DNA from: Diadema antillarum
Taxonomy: Eukaryota
Direction: 5' to 3'
Length of the DNA stretch: 64,000 bases
NCBI RefSeq assembly: GCF_040938485.1
Contig: NW_027271592.1
Span: 62,001 to 126,000 of the forward strand
Part shown: positions 49,002-61,830 of the stretch, one piece after another
Numbering within the stretch: the stretch's first letter is position 1
How the letters are laid out: every line of letters begins with the position of its first letter
Translations under genes and position numbers: made by a program
The notes under the pieces: model-generated
The model's input: the letters and a program-made list of their open reading frames with translations, nothing else
Told to the model about the DNA's origin: nothing
Database searches by the model: none

Positions 49002-49167
49002 CCGTCGCGTCTGCTCTGGCAGGACCCAGGGTTTGGCAGATGTCCCACTGTGTTGCAGGGCGTCCCTTTCACGTCGCCGCATACGTTGATGTAGTAATCG
49101 TAACCTCCTGCGGTGATGTTGTAATATCCTCCCTCCTTGGTCAGGGGACTAAGGTCAAAGGACACAC
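49002..49167 (-). CDS. IGF2R: CI-MPR exon, D5 (GVSFDLSPLTKEGGYY...GSCQSRRD), 1->2
   Basis: tag acceptor, GTAAGT donor. Confidence 0.94.
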
Positions 49168-50311
49168 CTACAAGGGACAGGGAAAGCCAAATTTCGGGGC
49201 TCATACCATGGATTTTATACATCACCTAAAAAGAATGCAGCTTTCTGATTGGTTGATTGCCCATCATGTGACAGGCAGTAAAAAGTTTCATCGCACGCTG
49301 TGGCTGTAAGCCATGCAATTTTGCTTGAGCAACAATGGATATTGCACGGCTGATTTCCAATTGCCACTGACTTCCATATGGACAGCTCTGATGTCAAACT
49401 AAACAAACCTTTGCCGTGCACACTCAGTGGTTACAAGTGCACTTGCAAGCACGCGTGTAAGTATCAAACCATGTGATGTATGTAAGTCGGAACTTTGTCG
49501 ACCTAAGCGCAAATCTTGACCACTTCTGCTATAACAATATGTCGAGTTACATGAGGTGAACGGTTATATTTTTATTGTCATTTGGTCATCTTCAGAGTGT
49601 ACTTGGATGTAAAGTTGCTAGGAGAACCAACTCGTGAAACAAAATAATACGCTCATATCTACATAGGTCAGTGTGAGACAGCAGAAAATACTATTAATGG
49701 GACTACCGGGTATGAAAATCACTACTCATTCCCAGCCAGTTTGGGGATGATTGTGCTTAACTCTTTATGTGCCACGTTTGCATGTCTGACTCAGTCAAGG
49801 GCGTGCCAACTTCATACATTTTGCTCAAATGCACAGCCGCACCCAAACTGTTCAATAATCGCCAAATGCGGCAGTCCAATGAAAGCTACACTCACGATTT
49901 AATTCCTGTCACATGAAGCTTGCATTATGTAGTGATTGAGTATCACGTGGCTTTTCCAACTGGATTTGAGAGTAAATTCTAAGTATCTGCCACTGTTCCA
50001 TGTGCAAAAGTCACACCTGAACAATGTAGTAGCTACTGGTCATTTGGAAGAAAAATAATCATACAGTGTAGGTTTGTCATAAAATTTACATCATAGAAAA
50101 GATTGACATTTTCTCTACAACTTTGTCCACTGTATGTCCAGCAAAACAAATATTTATAAAAAGTTACATGGATCTGAAAATCCAAAGCATGTTTCCGTTG
50201 CAGCCTCAGAATAATGTGGCACACGGGGGGTGGGTGTTATCCTGTGGCGCATAAAGAGTTAGTCGGCAGAGAGAGAGAACTGAGGGGTCAAACTGACCAC
50301 CATGAACTCAC

Positions 50312-50449
50312 CGGCGTCATCGTCGAAGACCTTGCAGTCCGTACCCCACTTCTGCGCCAGCGGGCAAGCAGCCGCCGTGTGCCACTCCAGGTCGTACTGG
50401 CAGGAGTCACTGGACTTGCGGACCAAGATAGGGGCGCTCTCCAAGTCCC
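50312..50449 (-). CDS. IGF2R: CI-MPR exon, D4 end/D5 start (GDLESAPIL...EWHTAAAC...VFDDDA), 1->1
   Basis: Matches human GDLESAPVL...EWHTAAAC. Confidence 0.95.
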
Positions 50450-50996
50450 CTGGGAATGAGGATATTTCCAAATATTTCCCCTTTAAAGACAATCTCTCAT
50501 TTACCAATGCTGCATCATCCATCCACATTTAAATACACTCCTAGCTATGCACTAGCACCAATACTCATACATATTTATCGAAATTATAGCCATGTTGCAT
50601 TCTTTGAATGACAAAGGCAAACTCTACAAAGGCATTTTCACATATGAAAGTTACACAAACAAGCACACTCATACACATACACATATACAAACACATACAC
50701 AAACACATACACATACATACACAAACACATACATACACATCACANNNNNNNNNNNNNNNNNNNNNNNNNNNNNNNNNNNNNNNNNNNNNNNNNNNNNNNN
50801 NNNNNNNNNNNNNNNNNNNNNNNNNNNNNNNNNNNNNNNNNNNNNNNNNNNNNNNNNNNNNNNNNNNNNNNNNNNNNNNNNNNNNGACACAAATGTATGG
50901 TAACAAGAGATGCCCCTAATATCCAGATGTCGATGTTTCTATTGATCATTTTCATAGCTTTTAACATTACATAACCCACAAGGGTTTTGAGCTCAC

Positions 50997-51155
50997 CTGG
51001 GCTGCATATGAATGTGATGTCGGTCGTTGTTTTCCTACTGCCGCTACAGACTGAACCGTCGGTGTAAGTCATGGTGATGTAACCATTGGTGAATGTGGGC
51101 GACGCAAGAAATCTCCCCAGGCTCTTGCCCGTCTGCTGCCCACTTTGGTCAGTTT
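50997..51155 (-). CDS. IGF2R: CI-MPR exon, D4 (ETDQSG...SLGRFLASP...FICSP), 1->1
   Basis: ttcag acceptor, GTGAGC donor. Confidence 0.93.
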
Positions 51156-51207
51156 CTGAAAGGCAGGAAACATTGGGAGTATTGAAAAGATATGGGCTGC
51201 AACTCTA

Positions 51208-51931
51208 AGGCAAAAAAAAAAAAATTGTTGCATTGGCGTAACCCGCCCGACCCTAAAAATTCCGCCGACCCCATGTTTTTTTATTATTATTTTTTTTTGC
51301 TATCGATATCAAATATCTTGTTGATTGCGATCGCGATCGCACAAACCCGGAAGTGGAAACGGCTCTGGGGATATCGGATGTACGAGGGAGAGATCTAGCG
51401 CCTCGCATAAGCCTTCCTTGATCAGTACGTCATCTGTTTCCAACACGGACACGTACTCTAACAAGATTTATTCAGTGTATACGTAGCATTCAGACTGCGA
51501 TGTACTGTGCACAGTTTTGCCATAGGTTTCTTGTGTGGAGAACTTACACGAATCTGTATATGTGGGACTGTAATAGAGATCGCCGTGTGCGATGAAAAGA
51601 TCGTACATATGGGTCAATTTGCATCTATCTTATCTAAGTCAAAATAGTAAAATATGAAGTGAAAACATTCAGGATAGGGATTTCAACATCTTTAAATTCT
51701 GTGAAGGGGTATAATTCCAGTAATATCGGCCTCATAAATGATTTGTAGAATAGATGAACACAGCACATTCGGTGCAGCAGTTGTAACTGTTTACTGAGCT
51801 GAGCGAGAGTTTTACACGTAAAATGCAGGTAGCAAAAAAAAAACCCAAAAAAAAAAAAAAAAAAAATCCGCCCGACCGACCCTATTTGAAAATCTCATGT
51901 TACGCCAATGCAACAATTTTTTTTTTTGGCC
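51208..51931. mobile_element. MITE with TIR aaaaaattgttgcattggcgtaac
   Basis: Inverted ends, cccgcccgacc motif near both ends, TA flanks. Confidence 0.65.
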
Positions 51932-52339
51932 TAATTGTGAGCAAAATGTTGAGGGTTGATCAAGGGGGGGAGGGAGTGGGGGGATGGTGGGGAGGTTGAG
52001 ATCGTGCTGTCAAATGATTGTGACTACTCCACAAAACTTCTTTTTTTTTTAAAGAAGGTAAGTTCACATTCCTTAGACTTGCTCCTGACATATGTTAAGG
52101 ATAATATTTCTCCTCTGCTTCGGAGAGAGGTTAAAAGTATTCACTTTGCTGGAAAAATACAATTATAGATGTTGAATTCTCTTTATATTATCTTAAGATT
52201 ATTGCCCTCCTGTTCTATTGCAAATTGTTGTAGTCTCGTTATCCAACAATGATAGCATGTGGATTTAGCCTAAACTTCCAAAAATTCAAAACTTTTCAAA
52301 GGATTGTCAGAATTTCCTCAAAACCTCACTGATGTGTTC

Positions 52340-52980
52340 TGCACTCACTGAATCCTCCATTCCATCTCCACCCTTCCCCATCTCTTTTTGGCTCTCTCTA
52401 TACACCTATCCACCCTTCTCCATGTCTATTCTGATCCCTCCACATTCCTCTCCATCCCTCTCATCTCCTAACTGCCCATTCTCCACCTCTTCATTGCCCT
52501 CTCTCTGCCACTCTCCATTCCCTCTCTCTACCCTCTCTCTGCCCCTTCTCCACCCCCTCTCCATCCCCCTCTACCTCTTCTCTGCCCCTCTTCACTCCTT
52601 TCTGCCTTTTCTCCATTCTCTCTTCATCCTTTTTCCATTTCTTCTGCACCCCGCCACACCCCTTCTCTGCCCCATCTTTACTACATGTAATCTCTGCCCC
52701 TTCTCCACCCCCTCTCCAACTAGTCTCCATCAAATATCTACCCCTTTCCATCCAATCTTCACCCCTCTCCACCCCTCACCACCCAATCTCCACCCCTCTC
52801 CACTCAATCTCCACCCAATCTCCACCCAATCTCCACCCCATTCCACCCAATCTCCACCAAATCTCCACCAAATCTCCACCCCTCTCCACCCAATCTCCAC
52901 CAAATCTTCACCCCTCTCCATCCAATCTCCACCCAATATCCACCCAACTTCGCCCCCACTGCACCCCCTCTCCACTCCTT
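52340..52980. repeat. Pyrimidine-rich low-complexity tract (ctccacccaat-like units)
   Basis: Accounts for the spurious Pro/Ser- and Gly/Trp-rich ORFs here. Confidence 0.85.
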
Positions 52981-52989
52981 GACACTCAC

Positions 52990-53292
52990 CGAGGGCACAC
53001 GAGGAGGACGGAGATGGACAAGAGTCCAGGTTAGCCAGGTTCTCCTTCATGATGTCGGCACAGACATTGATGTAATACTCTGTGCTCTGCAGTTCGCCGT
53101 GGTCATGGCGACCGTCTAGGACCAGCCAGTTGGAACCTGTTTCCCGAATCAGCGGCGAGAGGTCATAGCGCCGCTTGCCCTGGTCCAAACGGCAGGACGC
53201 CCTGACCAGATCGGGCACGCAGGCCACTTTGGTGTGCCAGTCGAAGAAGTATGTGCACTCTGTCTCTGTCACATAAACCGGGTTGCCAGGAT
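52990..53292 (-). CDS. IGF2R: CI-MPR exon, D3 end/D4 (DPGNPVYVTETECTYFFDW...SSSCAL), 1->1
   Basis: tag acceptor, GTGAGT donor. Confidence 0.94.
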
Positions 53293-53821
53293 CTATGGAA
53301 CAATATCCACATACACCAATATCAACACTTCCTCTCTTGATGCAGTAAAGCTACAAAGTTTGCAGGTGGGAATAGTGAAAAGTCTAGTACCTCTCCCCTT
53401 TTCCAGTGACGGTGAATTATCCAAGTGTAGGACAGCAGTGGTCAATCATCATTTTCTTAATTCAAGTGTGATTTTTTTTTTCTTCCCTCAATCGGGCTAA
53501 AGTTATGACAAAAATTATTCAATTTCAATCAAACCCCTCCTTCCCATCCATTCACTTTGTCAGTGAAATGGTGTTTTAGGGTACTATGGAGTTACATTCT
53601 CTCTGGTTCTCAGACTAGACAAGTTGCCTGTCCATGAAGTCTTCAAACCACTGTGTGTCACCTCGTCTCAGGCTGTCGAGAAGATCTCTAGAGATGTGTC
53701 ACCTTTGGGAGCATTATATGTCTGCAGCTCACGTGTTGAGGCTAGTGCACATGTTTAGCAGACACATTTCTCTTTTTCAATATATTTTCATGTTTATTAA
53801 TCTTATTCTTTTTCTCCTCAC

Positions 53822-53928
53822 CCTGTGTTTCGTTGCAGTGGAAGGAGATGATTGATGTGCGCTGAAAACCGTTGTGGTTGCACGTCTGGCCGTGTTTATA
53901 AATAAGGGTCAACTCTCCGTCTGAGTAT
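53822..53928 (-). CDS. IGF2R: CI-MPR exon, D3 ([11 protein letters not shown]...[16 protein letters not shown]), 2->1
   Basis: Very close to human RYSDGDLTLIY...GFQRMSVINFEC. Confidence 0.95.
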
Positions 53929-54486
53929 CTGCAACAGTTGAGATTGAAGATGAAGTAAAAATGAAAAATGCAAGAGACATGCTGGTATATTCCCATTATT
54001 CATTCAATGAACATTTTCACATATAATTAGCTAAATTCATACATAATAAAGGGAGTCACAAAATCTGTCTTCTGATGAATAGTGCTAAAAAAAAAGGAAT
54101 GAAAAATAATGATACACTACACTGGCCAAAGTAGAAGACACAAGAGGCAATAATTAGCCGTTTCTGTACTTGGAAGAGAAACATCTAAGAATTTAGACGT
54201 GTCACATCAGTAACCTCTTGGTGTAGTGGGTGCCAGACTTACAGCAACATATAAAAAGATAAATAAAAGATTCATGCAATTCATTGGTACTAAAAGAGAA
54301 ATATTGGCAACTGTAGAGGGTTTTTGTTTTTGTTTTGACTTTGATTTAGGGTGTTCTCCTTTCTTCACAATGTTACTACAAAGTGATATCACAATATATC
54401 GGTCAAAGTTAACACATCACTTGTTCTAATATAAAAAAATACAAGTGACAAATAAACTCAAATGAAGCATGAACTGTACACAGTTT

Positions 54487-54905
54487 TAGAGACTCCAACC
54501 CCAAGCACCTTCTGATCTGGAGATTCTTCCACCTGAACCCCTAGCAAACGGGAGGCTCCAACTTGATGTGCGTGAAGCGTGAAGTCCCTTTGGTCATTAG
54601 GGTTCTAGGTGTTCTCTCGTGCTATCTCAGGCTTATTTTGCAACATATGATGGCACAAAGTCAGTACTAATTCAATTATTCAAATCATACATTTTGGCTT
54701 AATAAAACTTCATTTCATAGGATATCACATGCATACGCTATTCATGCATGCATGTGAAATTGATTGGCATCTGCAAAACCGTACAAGCGGGAGACACAGA
54801 GCCAGGGTGGGAGAAATTTAATCTCAAGCGAGAGAACGGGAGATTTGTGAAAATGGGTTTTCAATGGGAGATCTCCCTTCAAAAACGGGAGAGTTGGAGT
54901 CTCTG
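54487..54905. mobile_element. Possible hAT-type MITE (TIR agagactccaac)
   Basis: 12-bp inverted ends and subterminal cgggag repeats. No clear TSD. Confidence 0.4.
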
Positions 54906-54975
54906 CTGTACGATGATATGAAAAAACAAAAAACACACAAAGCAAAGAAGGGCATATGGGCAATGACATATATAC

Positions 54976-55141
54976 CTCAATTCATGTTTATATTCTACGC
55001 CGGCTGATTTCGAAGAAGACCCGTCTTTGTCGACTTGGCACACAGCTGCCGACTGACAAGCAATGGGGAATGTCAAGTTGGCGCACACATTCAAGTAGAA
55101 GATGTAGTGAGGATCGTTCCCCACATAATAGCTTATCTCCC
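54976..55141 (-). CDS. IGF2R: CI-MPR exon, D3 (EISYYVGND...AAVCQVDK...HELR), 1->2
   Basis: cag acceptor (alternative in-frame AG at 55147), GTATAT donor. Confidence 0.88.
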
Positions 55142-55766
55142 CTGTGGCTGGAGGTTTCATCAGTATTCAAAAGAGGAGGAAAAAAGGGGGATTGGGTACA
55201 TTAGCATGTGAGTGACATGTCACTCATTCCTGTTAATATATTATGTGTGTAAGAGAATGAGTAATAAGTTTCGGGTGGTTCAGTTGCTAATGGGTTACTG
55301 AAGCACCAAGTACCTAATAGTTTCAACTATTAATCACTCATTGTGATTAATACCCCTACCTACAACTGAGGGAATTACAGTGTAGGTCAACCAGCATTTA
55401 TTTTTGTACTTTTTCATGGAAAAAAAAATGTTACCATGGCAATGCACTGGTTCAACAGTAAATAAATGTATTGCTCACTGTTAGTCACATGTGCACATCT
55501 CAAGTCAAGCGCTCAAAAACTGAGTGAGCAAGATTAATAAAATGACGATTTCTATGATTTTCATTAAAAATGGTGCTACCATGGCAACACAATGTTGGAC
55601 ATTAAGAAAAAATTAAGTTTGCACAACTATGTATCACAGCTGTCACATGTGCCACATTTCAAGCCAAATGCTCAAAGGCTGAGGGGCTTAGCTGAATTCG
55701 CAATATCATTGTATCATTTTCATTCAAAATAAAAGCAAAGAGACAGTAAACAACATGATGACTGAC

Positions 55767-55926
55767 TTGTCTTGTTGAGGGGTGAGAGGTCAAGCTCCAG
55801 TCCGTGGGTAGGCTTGTTGAAGGCACATGTGTCGGTGCTGAGGAACTCCGCCTCACACGCGTACTCTGTCTGCCACTGAACCTGGTACTGGCAGTTCGTC
55901 TTGGACAGGAGGATGGGACCTCGGTT
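55767..55926 (-). CDS. IGF2R: CI-MPR exon, D2 end/D3 start (NRGPILLSKTNCQY...DLSPLNKT), 0->1
   Basis: cag acceptor, GTCAGT donor, in frame. Confidence 0.92.
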
Positions 55927-56599
55927 CTGCGGTGGAGCCAGGGATGTGAAAAGGTACGAATTGGCAGTCATTTTGTTTGTGCAAATTACATAGGCCTGTA
56001 CTATTTTGAATTCTGACGAACGATGCATGGGCCTGAGTGCATCAGTATGAATTGTGTGCATGAGGTAAACTATGGAATGCCTTAACCATGAGGCCAAGCT
56101 GAGTGGGTGTAGGCTAAATTCCATAGTTACTGCTTCCACGCTACTCCCACTGATGCACAAGAAGATGTGTGCATTATCAGTTTTATAGAATGGGGGACAA
56201 ATTATTTTGCCAGAAATATACAGTGGTTTTTTTTTTTTATCATGCTACCTGATGGTAAATGCACTGGATGCACTTCCTTTTGGCACGTCACAGATCAAAT
56301 TGTGTAACAGTAATAACTGATGACTGGAAATTGTTAACCGATGTATGGCTAGCTAGCCATCACTCGCCAAGCGCGTGTATGCCTGCTACATGTAAGTGCA
56401 CATACTCCTTGTTACAATTGTTCAAGTATGAGTGATAACAAGTCTACTGTGTCTGTTGAACATGCTGCCAGTAAAAACTGATCCATGGCTCTGGACCAAT
56501 GAGATTGCAGTATTCTCTCGACCCATTCTATGAAATAAAATGTCAATGAGTGCAGCTTCTATTGTCTGGAAGCATGACAAGTTTAATCCATTACATAAA

Positions 56600-58039
56600 C
56601 TAGAAATGTCACTATGGCCACTGATGCCTCCGCCATAATGCATAATTCTCCCAATAGGTGTATAGTGCAATGTCTTCACAATGTGTGATGACAGTTTCAC
56701 ATAACTGGCAAAACAATGAAATGACAGGTTTGTCAGAAATATCTTGAATGTTCCCTTTCCTTGAACTAGGTTTGCTATAATTGTCTATTAAAGAGTGCAG
56801 GTATATGTATTTGGGGAATTGAGGATTTTTACTTGACTTCTGACTGACCCTTCTATAAGTTTATGCATTGAGTAATTTTCAAGGTATGAAGAAAGTGTAA
56901 TTGCAGTATAAAATAGATTCTTTTTTTGCATTTAAACCTGGCCTTGACCCTTAACCTTTGACCTTTGACCTTCTGGCAGAAAATTTCCAAGAGAATCTCC
57001 ATTAGGTAATACATGTATATAAAGTTTTAAAAATAATTATGCAAGCATTGCATATACTAGTAAATGAGGGAAATAGTAAAATTTTGAAGAGTTGACCTTG
57101 ACCTTTGACCCCTGAATATTGACCCATGACCCCTAAATTCCCTAGATAATCCCTGCCAGTCAGTACATGCGTATGTACCAAGTTCCATGAAGATACATTG
57201 AACCATTTGCGAGAAAAGTGAAATTGTAACATTTTCTCCCAATCTTTTACCTTTTGACCTTTGACCTTATGACATGAAACTCTCTCTGGAGAATCTTTAT
57301 GCAGTAGTACATGTCCACACTAAGTTTAAAGAAAGCACCTTTGGGCATTGCATGGATATGGGGGAAATAGCAACATTTTTAGCATTTGACCTTGACCTTT
57401 TGACCTTGACCTCTTGCCATTGTCACTAAAATCTACTCAACTAATTGCCCCATCATACATCATCCTTGGACCAAGTTTGGTGAAAGCTGCTTCGTCCAGT
57501 TTTGAGTTATCATGTAAACAGATAAATTTCAGGTTTTGACCTTGATCTTTGACCTTTGACCTCTGTCCGATTTCACTCTAAAATTAATCAAGTAATTGTC
57601 CCACCATACTTGTACATCATCCTCGGACAAAGTTTGGTGAAATTTGCTTGATCCAGTCTTGAGTTAACGCGTAAACAGATACAATTTCATGATTTGACCT
57701 TGACCTTTGACCTCTGTCCGATTTCACTCAAAAATTAATCAAGTAATTGTCCCACCATACATCATCCTCGGACAAAGTTTGGTGAAATTTGCTTGATCCA
57801 GTCTTGAGTTATCGCGTAAACAGATACAATTTCATGATTTGACCTTGACCTTTGACCTTTGGCCGATTTCACCCAAAATCTAATCAAGTAATTGCCCCAT
57901 CATACTTTATACTTGGACCAAGTTTGGTAAAATTCCAGTCAATATTACTCAAGTTATCGCATAAACGAATGCAGACGGACGTACAGACAACCTGAAAACA
58001 TAATGCCTCCGGCACCACTTCGTGGCGGAGGCATAAAAA
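56600..58039 (-). mobile_element. Helentron/DINE-1-like element with an internal ~150-bp tandem array
   Basis: Same subTIR/hairpin/CTAG ends. Repeat units start near 57385, 57535, 57693 and 57839. Confidence 0.7.
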
Positions 58040-58592
58040 TGCTTATGACATAAAAATGCCTATATTTATTTGATACATAGTTTAAACCATCGAGTCCTGA
58101 GAGAATATGTTGTAAAATTGTCATCTTCACATGTCAATGATTCTTGTGTCGACTCCTTTTTATTGAAACCTATGTTTTTTTAACCTTGAGCATTAGCATC
58201 CTCAGGTTGATAGGTACAGCTTCGTCTACTCATAAATACAAATCATGTACATATGCCAAGTTGCATTTGGATACCTCAAACGGTGTTTATGCTAGGCTGT
58301 AAACAAAAATTTATTACAAATGGATGGAAAGAAGGACTGACGAACGGACGGACAAACTAAAAACATAACTACATGTATGCATCCGGCGACACTTCGTGGT
58401 GCAGCAAGCATGTCCAGGCTAACATCATAGAATTACAACCACTGAAATGATATAAAATGTGAAATCAAAGTAGATTACTGATATCAAACAGCAAAATCAA
58501 ACAGATGACAATTTTTTTTTTCCTTCTTGAATCATCACTCTAACCCAGCATCTTGTTTGTATTAAAAGATAAGTTAGATCTGTAAAACTCAC

Positions 58593-58816
58593 CCCAGTGT
58601 ATCTGCCTTGCTCCCGGGGGCATACAAAGACGATCGTCACCGTGGAGTTGAAGCCCCCACACTCGTCTTGCACCTCCCTGCCCTGGTACTGCAGCTGCAG
58701 CTCGTCGTCCGACAGGAGCTGGAGCGGCTGGAGAGCCTGGCCCTTGTCCACAAAAGTACCTTGCTTGGTGAGGCAGGCGGCCGAGCCTGACGAACACCCC
58801 AAAGTGGGGCCGGAAT
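58593..58816 (-). CDS. IGF2R: CI-MPR exon, D2 (DSGPTLGC...VFVCPREQGRYTG), 1->0
   Basis: Pyrimidine tract plus aag acceptor, GTGAGT donor. Confidence 0.9.
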
Positions 58817-60699
58817 CTTGAGGGGAGGAGGAGGGCAAGATGAAGACTGAGGGGAGGGTTTGGAGTGCTCTCCTAGAGCGTACCGTACCATACCCATGCA
58901 AGAGGAGTGCTTGAACGCTCCTAAGCGTATCGTACTAAACTGTACTATACTGACCCACAAGTGGATGATTTTCCAATGTGCTCCAAAAGCGTACCATCAC
59001 GGACCTACAACACACATGGGCTATGAATGGAGGTCTTTCTTTGATCCGACTTGCATCGCTCCGACTTGCATCGCCGCCACCTGATCATGTGCATCTTGAT
59101 GAGTACATGCAGATGTTTGGACAATGACAACTGTGTAGTCGTTCATCGTCACTGACAAAAAAAAAAAAAAAATGTTTCCCTCATTTCAGTTTCATTTCAC
59201 TGAGGTGCCTTTCTAGACTTAACTGCCTTTGGAAAATCAACGATGATGGGGAGCAGCAAACCTCAATTCATGACAAATTTTGTGTCACAAAATTAATGAT
59301 TACTGAGTGGACACATATGTAACGTTGCTTAATGGCAAGACAGACATGTCATCTACCATTACTCTGAAACAATGTGCGAAAAATGGAAAAAATCAGATTA
59401 CAAATTACAACCAACCTGTGGAAATGCTTGCTTTCTCTCGTAAAGTAAGTGCATTTCACAAATGAAATTAACTGAGCGATGATTTCCCAATGTAAACTAT
59501 AACAGCACATGCATTTTTCTTGATTCAAGAGAGTTATCGTCTTCTGTGCATGTAGTTTTTAGATATCTCAAAGTGCCGTTTTGTTTTTATTTCAGGCTGG
59601 CTGTCAGTAATGCACGATGAGATCAAAGCAGGAAAGCATCTTTAAAATGTTTTTGTAACACTTTTCACAGAAACAGGTGTTTGAATTAAAGTGAAGCATG
59701 TATGTCCATGTGTGGTAGGTCCATGGTACCATAACCATGCCAGAAGATGGCATGAGGAGAATACCCAGAACACACACATACAAATGTACATCTTAATGCA
59801 AAGATTTGAGTCTCTTTGTTAAGGATACCTGTAAGAGGTATAAGCCTCTTACAGGTGCATGACCCTGTTGCTACAAGACGTGTAATCCCCTCTAAAAAAA
59901 CTCCTGAGACAAACTTTCTCTACAAAGCACTTTAATGCTCCAAATCTGGCGTAGTATGGTGCAGTACGCATCAGATCGGTTCGTTTTAGTTTGCTTTTGA
60001 GCGCTCACAAGCAGCCTGAGATAAAGCTCCTCAACACAAATGGTGACAACTTGAAATGAGGCACAAAAGGTGCACACACACTTCAACATCTTGTCATGTT
60101 CTTCTCTCTAGTTAGTGGGAACACACAACATGAATATCAAGAAAGGCATCCTTTTTAAAGACAGCTTTCATTCCTCTGTCTTCAACTTTTGTCAAACTCC
60201 GCTATATGTCTCTCTCTCTCTTATCTGTCACAGTATCAAAGATATCAGAAATATAAATGTCATGTGAATAATCTTTCTCAGTTCTCTTTTCTGTTAACCT
60301 TATTTCTTGTAGAAAGGCAATCATACTTCACACATCATGTCATCGATGAATCGAAAGTTGCAGCTGGCCTACTGACCTGTTATTTTGTGAACATTAACTC
60401 ACTAGAGACCAGCCTGAATAAACTTATTATTAGATTGTATTATTATTATCATATCATAACCAAGTCAGATCATACTTCAACGGGTTATCAATAGCTTCTG
60501 AGCACATTTTCTACATACTTTGGAAACCACATCATGTGTACCATCAAGATAATAACCTTCTCTGAAGAGCCACCTCATTAATCCCTACCAGCTGTCAGCA
60601 AGAACAATTTCATTTGTCTCAAAATTCTTTACCAAATTTGTCTTCTTTCAAACTTCCTACTGCTTCAGTGTTGTAAAATCAACATTTCAGGGCTTCTCT

Positions 60700-60850
60700 G
60701 GACTGTAATAATTGCATCATGTATGAATTGAAACTATAAAACTATAGGGATGCTACAGTCACCTTTATATTCATGGAAAATCTTCAAATCCTTCAGACCA
60801 TGGTTGGAAGAAGAGAGAAGGGCATATCAACAGAGGGGATAACAAACATG
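60700..60850 (+). mobile_element. Decayed RTE-like LINE C-terminal remnant
   Basis: Frameshifted KL..YSH...ILQTMVGRR...DN resembles the RTE ending KL.WYGH...ILQG.V.GRR.RG..RW.DN. Confidence 0.35.
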
Positions 60851-60892
60851 ATTTGATGGTTTGCATTATCAGTCGTGAGTAAAAGCACTAAC

Positions 60893-61127
60893 CTGGTGTG
60901 ATATCTCTGCAGACGTTGATGTAAAGGTCATCAGACCCGGCCGATTCAACTAAGTATCCCCCCTGGAGCTTGATCAGCGGTGAGAGGTCACGCTTTTTGC
61001 CCTTGAGGTCGTAGACAGAGCAGGGAACTTCGCTAACGGCTGCGCTGCGGACCATCTTGCAAGCCACTGTGGTGTACCACTCAAAGAGATACGCGCAGTC
61101 CGTTTTCTCCAGGAAGGTTGGTGATCC
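60893..61127 (-). CDS. IGF2R: CI-MPR exon, D1 end/D2 start (GSPTFLEKTDCAYLFEW...RDLSPLIKLQGGY...NVCRDITP), 0->1
   Basis: tag|GGA acceptor, GTTAGT donor. Absent from the ORF track; translated by hand. Confidence 0.93.
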
Positions 61128-61830
61128 CTACGACATTCAAAACAAGGTTGTTACACATTAAGGCATGGTGTCCATACATAACTACACCCACACACAATAA
61201 CAAACATGCAAATATTGAGCCCTTTAAGATTTTTAAAAGAGCTACATGAAAAAAAAAATATATATATATATTTTTCAATCTTAGTATATTTGTAACATTG
61301 CATCCATACCATTTAATTCATGACAATATTGGTAACATCATCCAGGTGTATCTGGAGACTGTCCACAATTTGGCAAAAAATGAAAAAAAATGTAAAAAAC
61401 TTTTGAAATTGAACATACCTGAGGCTCACCTACAAACAAACAAACAAAAACAAACAAACAAACTTGTTCACTTTGAAACTACATCAAGTGTATTGTCCTG
61501 TTATACAAAAGCCATGTGCTACATGTAAGTCTGATGAAATGATATGCGGACATTTCTTCAGAACTTGCTACAGCATAATATACATGTATATGGAAAAATC
61601 TTAACCCTAGACTGTGATCTTTGACCCTATTGGAGCTAGTATGTGTCTCAATATCCAAAAGACTTTATAAGATTACCACTACACCATAATATTGCACTTG
61701 TATCACGTTTTACAAACATTTTGGTGTAATTGTGTTAAACCCTAAATGTGACAATGTCAACTATGAATCCTCTGTTGCAAACACATGCCCACAACAGAAC
61801 GCTCACACCGCTCAAGAGTACGCAACCTAC

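Noticed and set aside
52332-52998. 216-aa Pro/Ser-rich ORF and similar ORFs at 7686, 23511, 31528, 35897 and 39672
   Set aside because: They are translations of low-complexity tracts or microsatellites.
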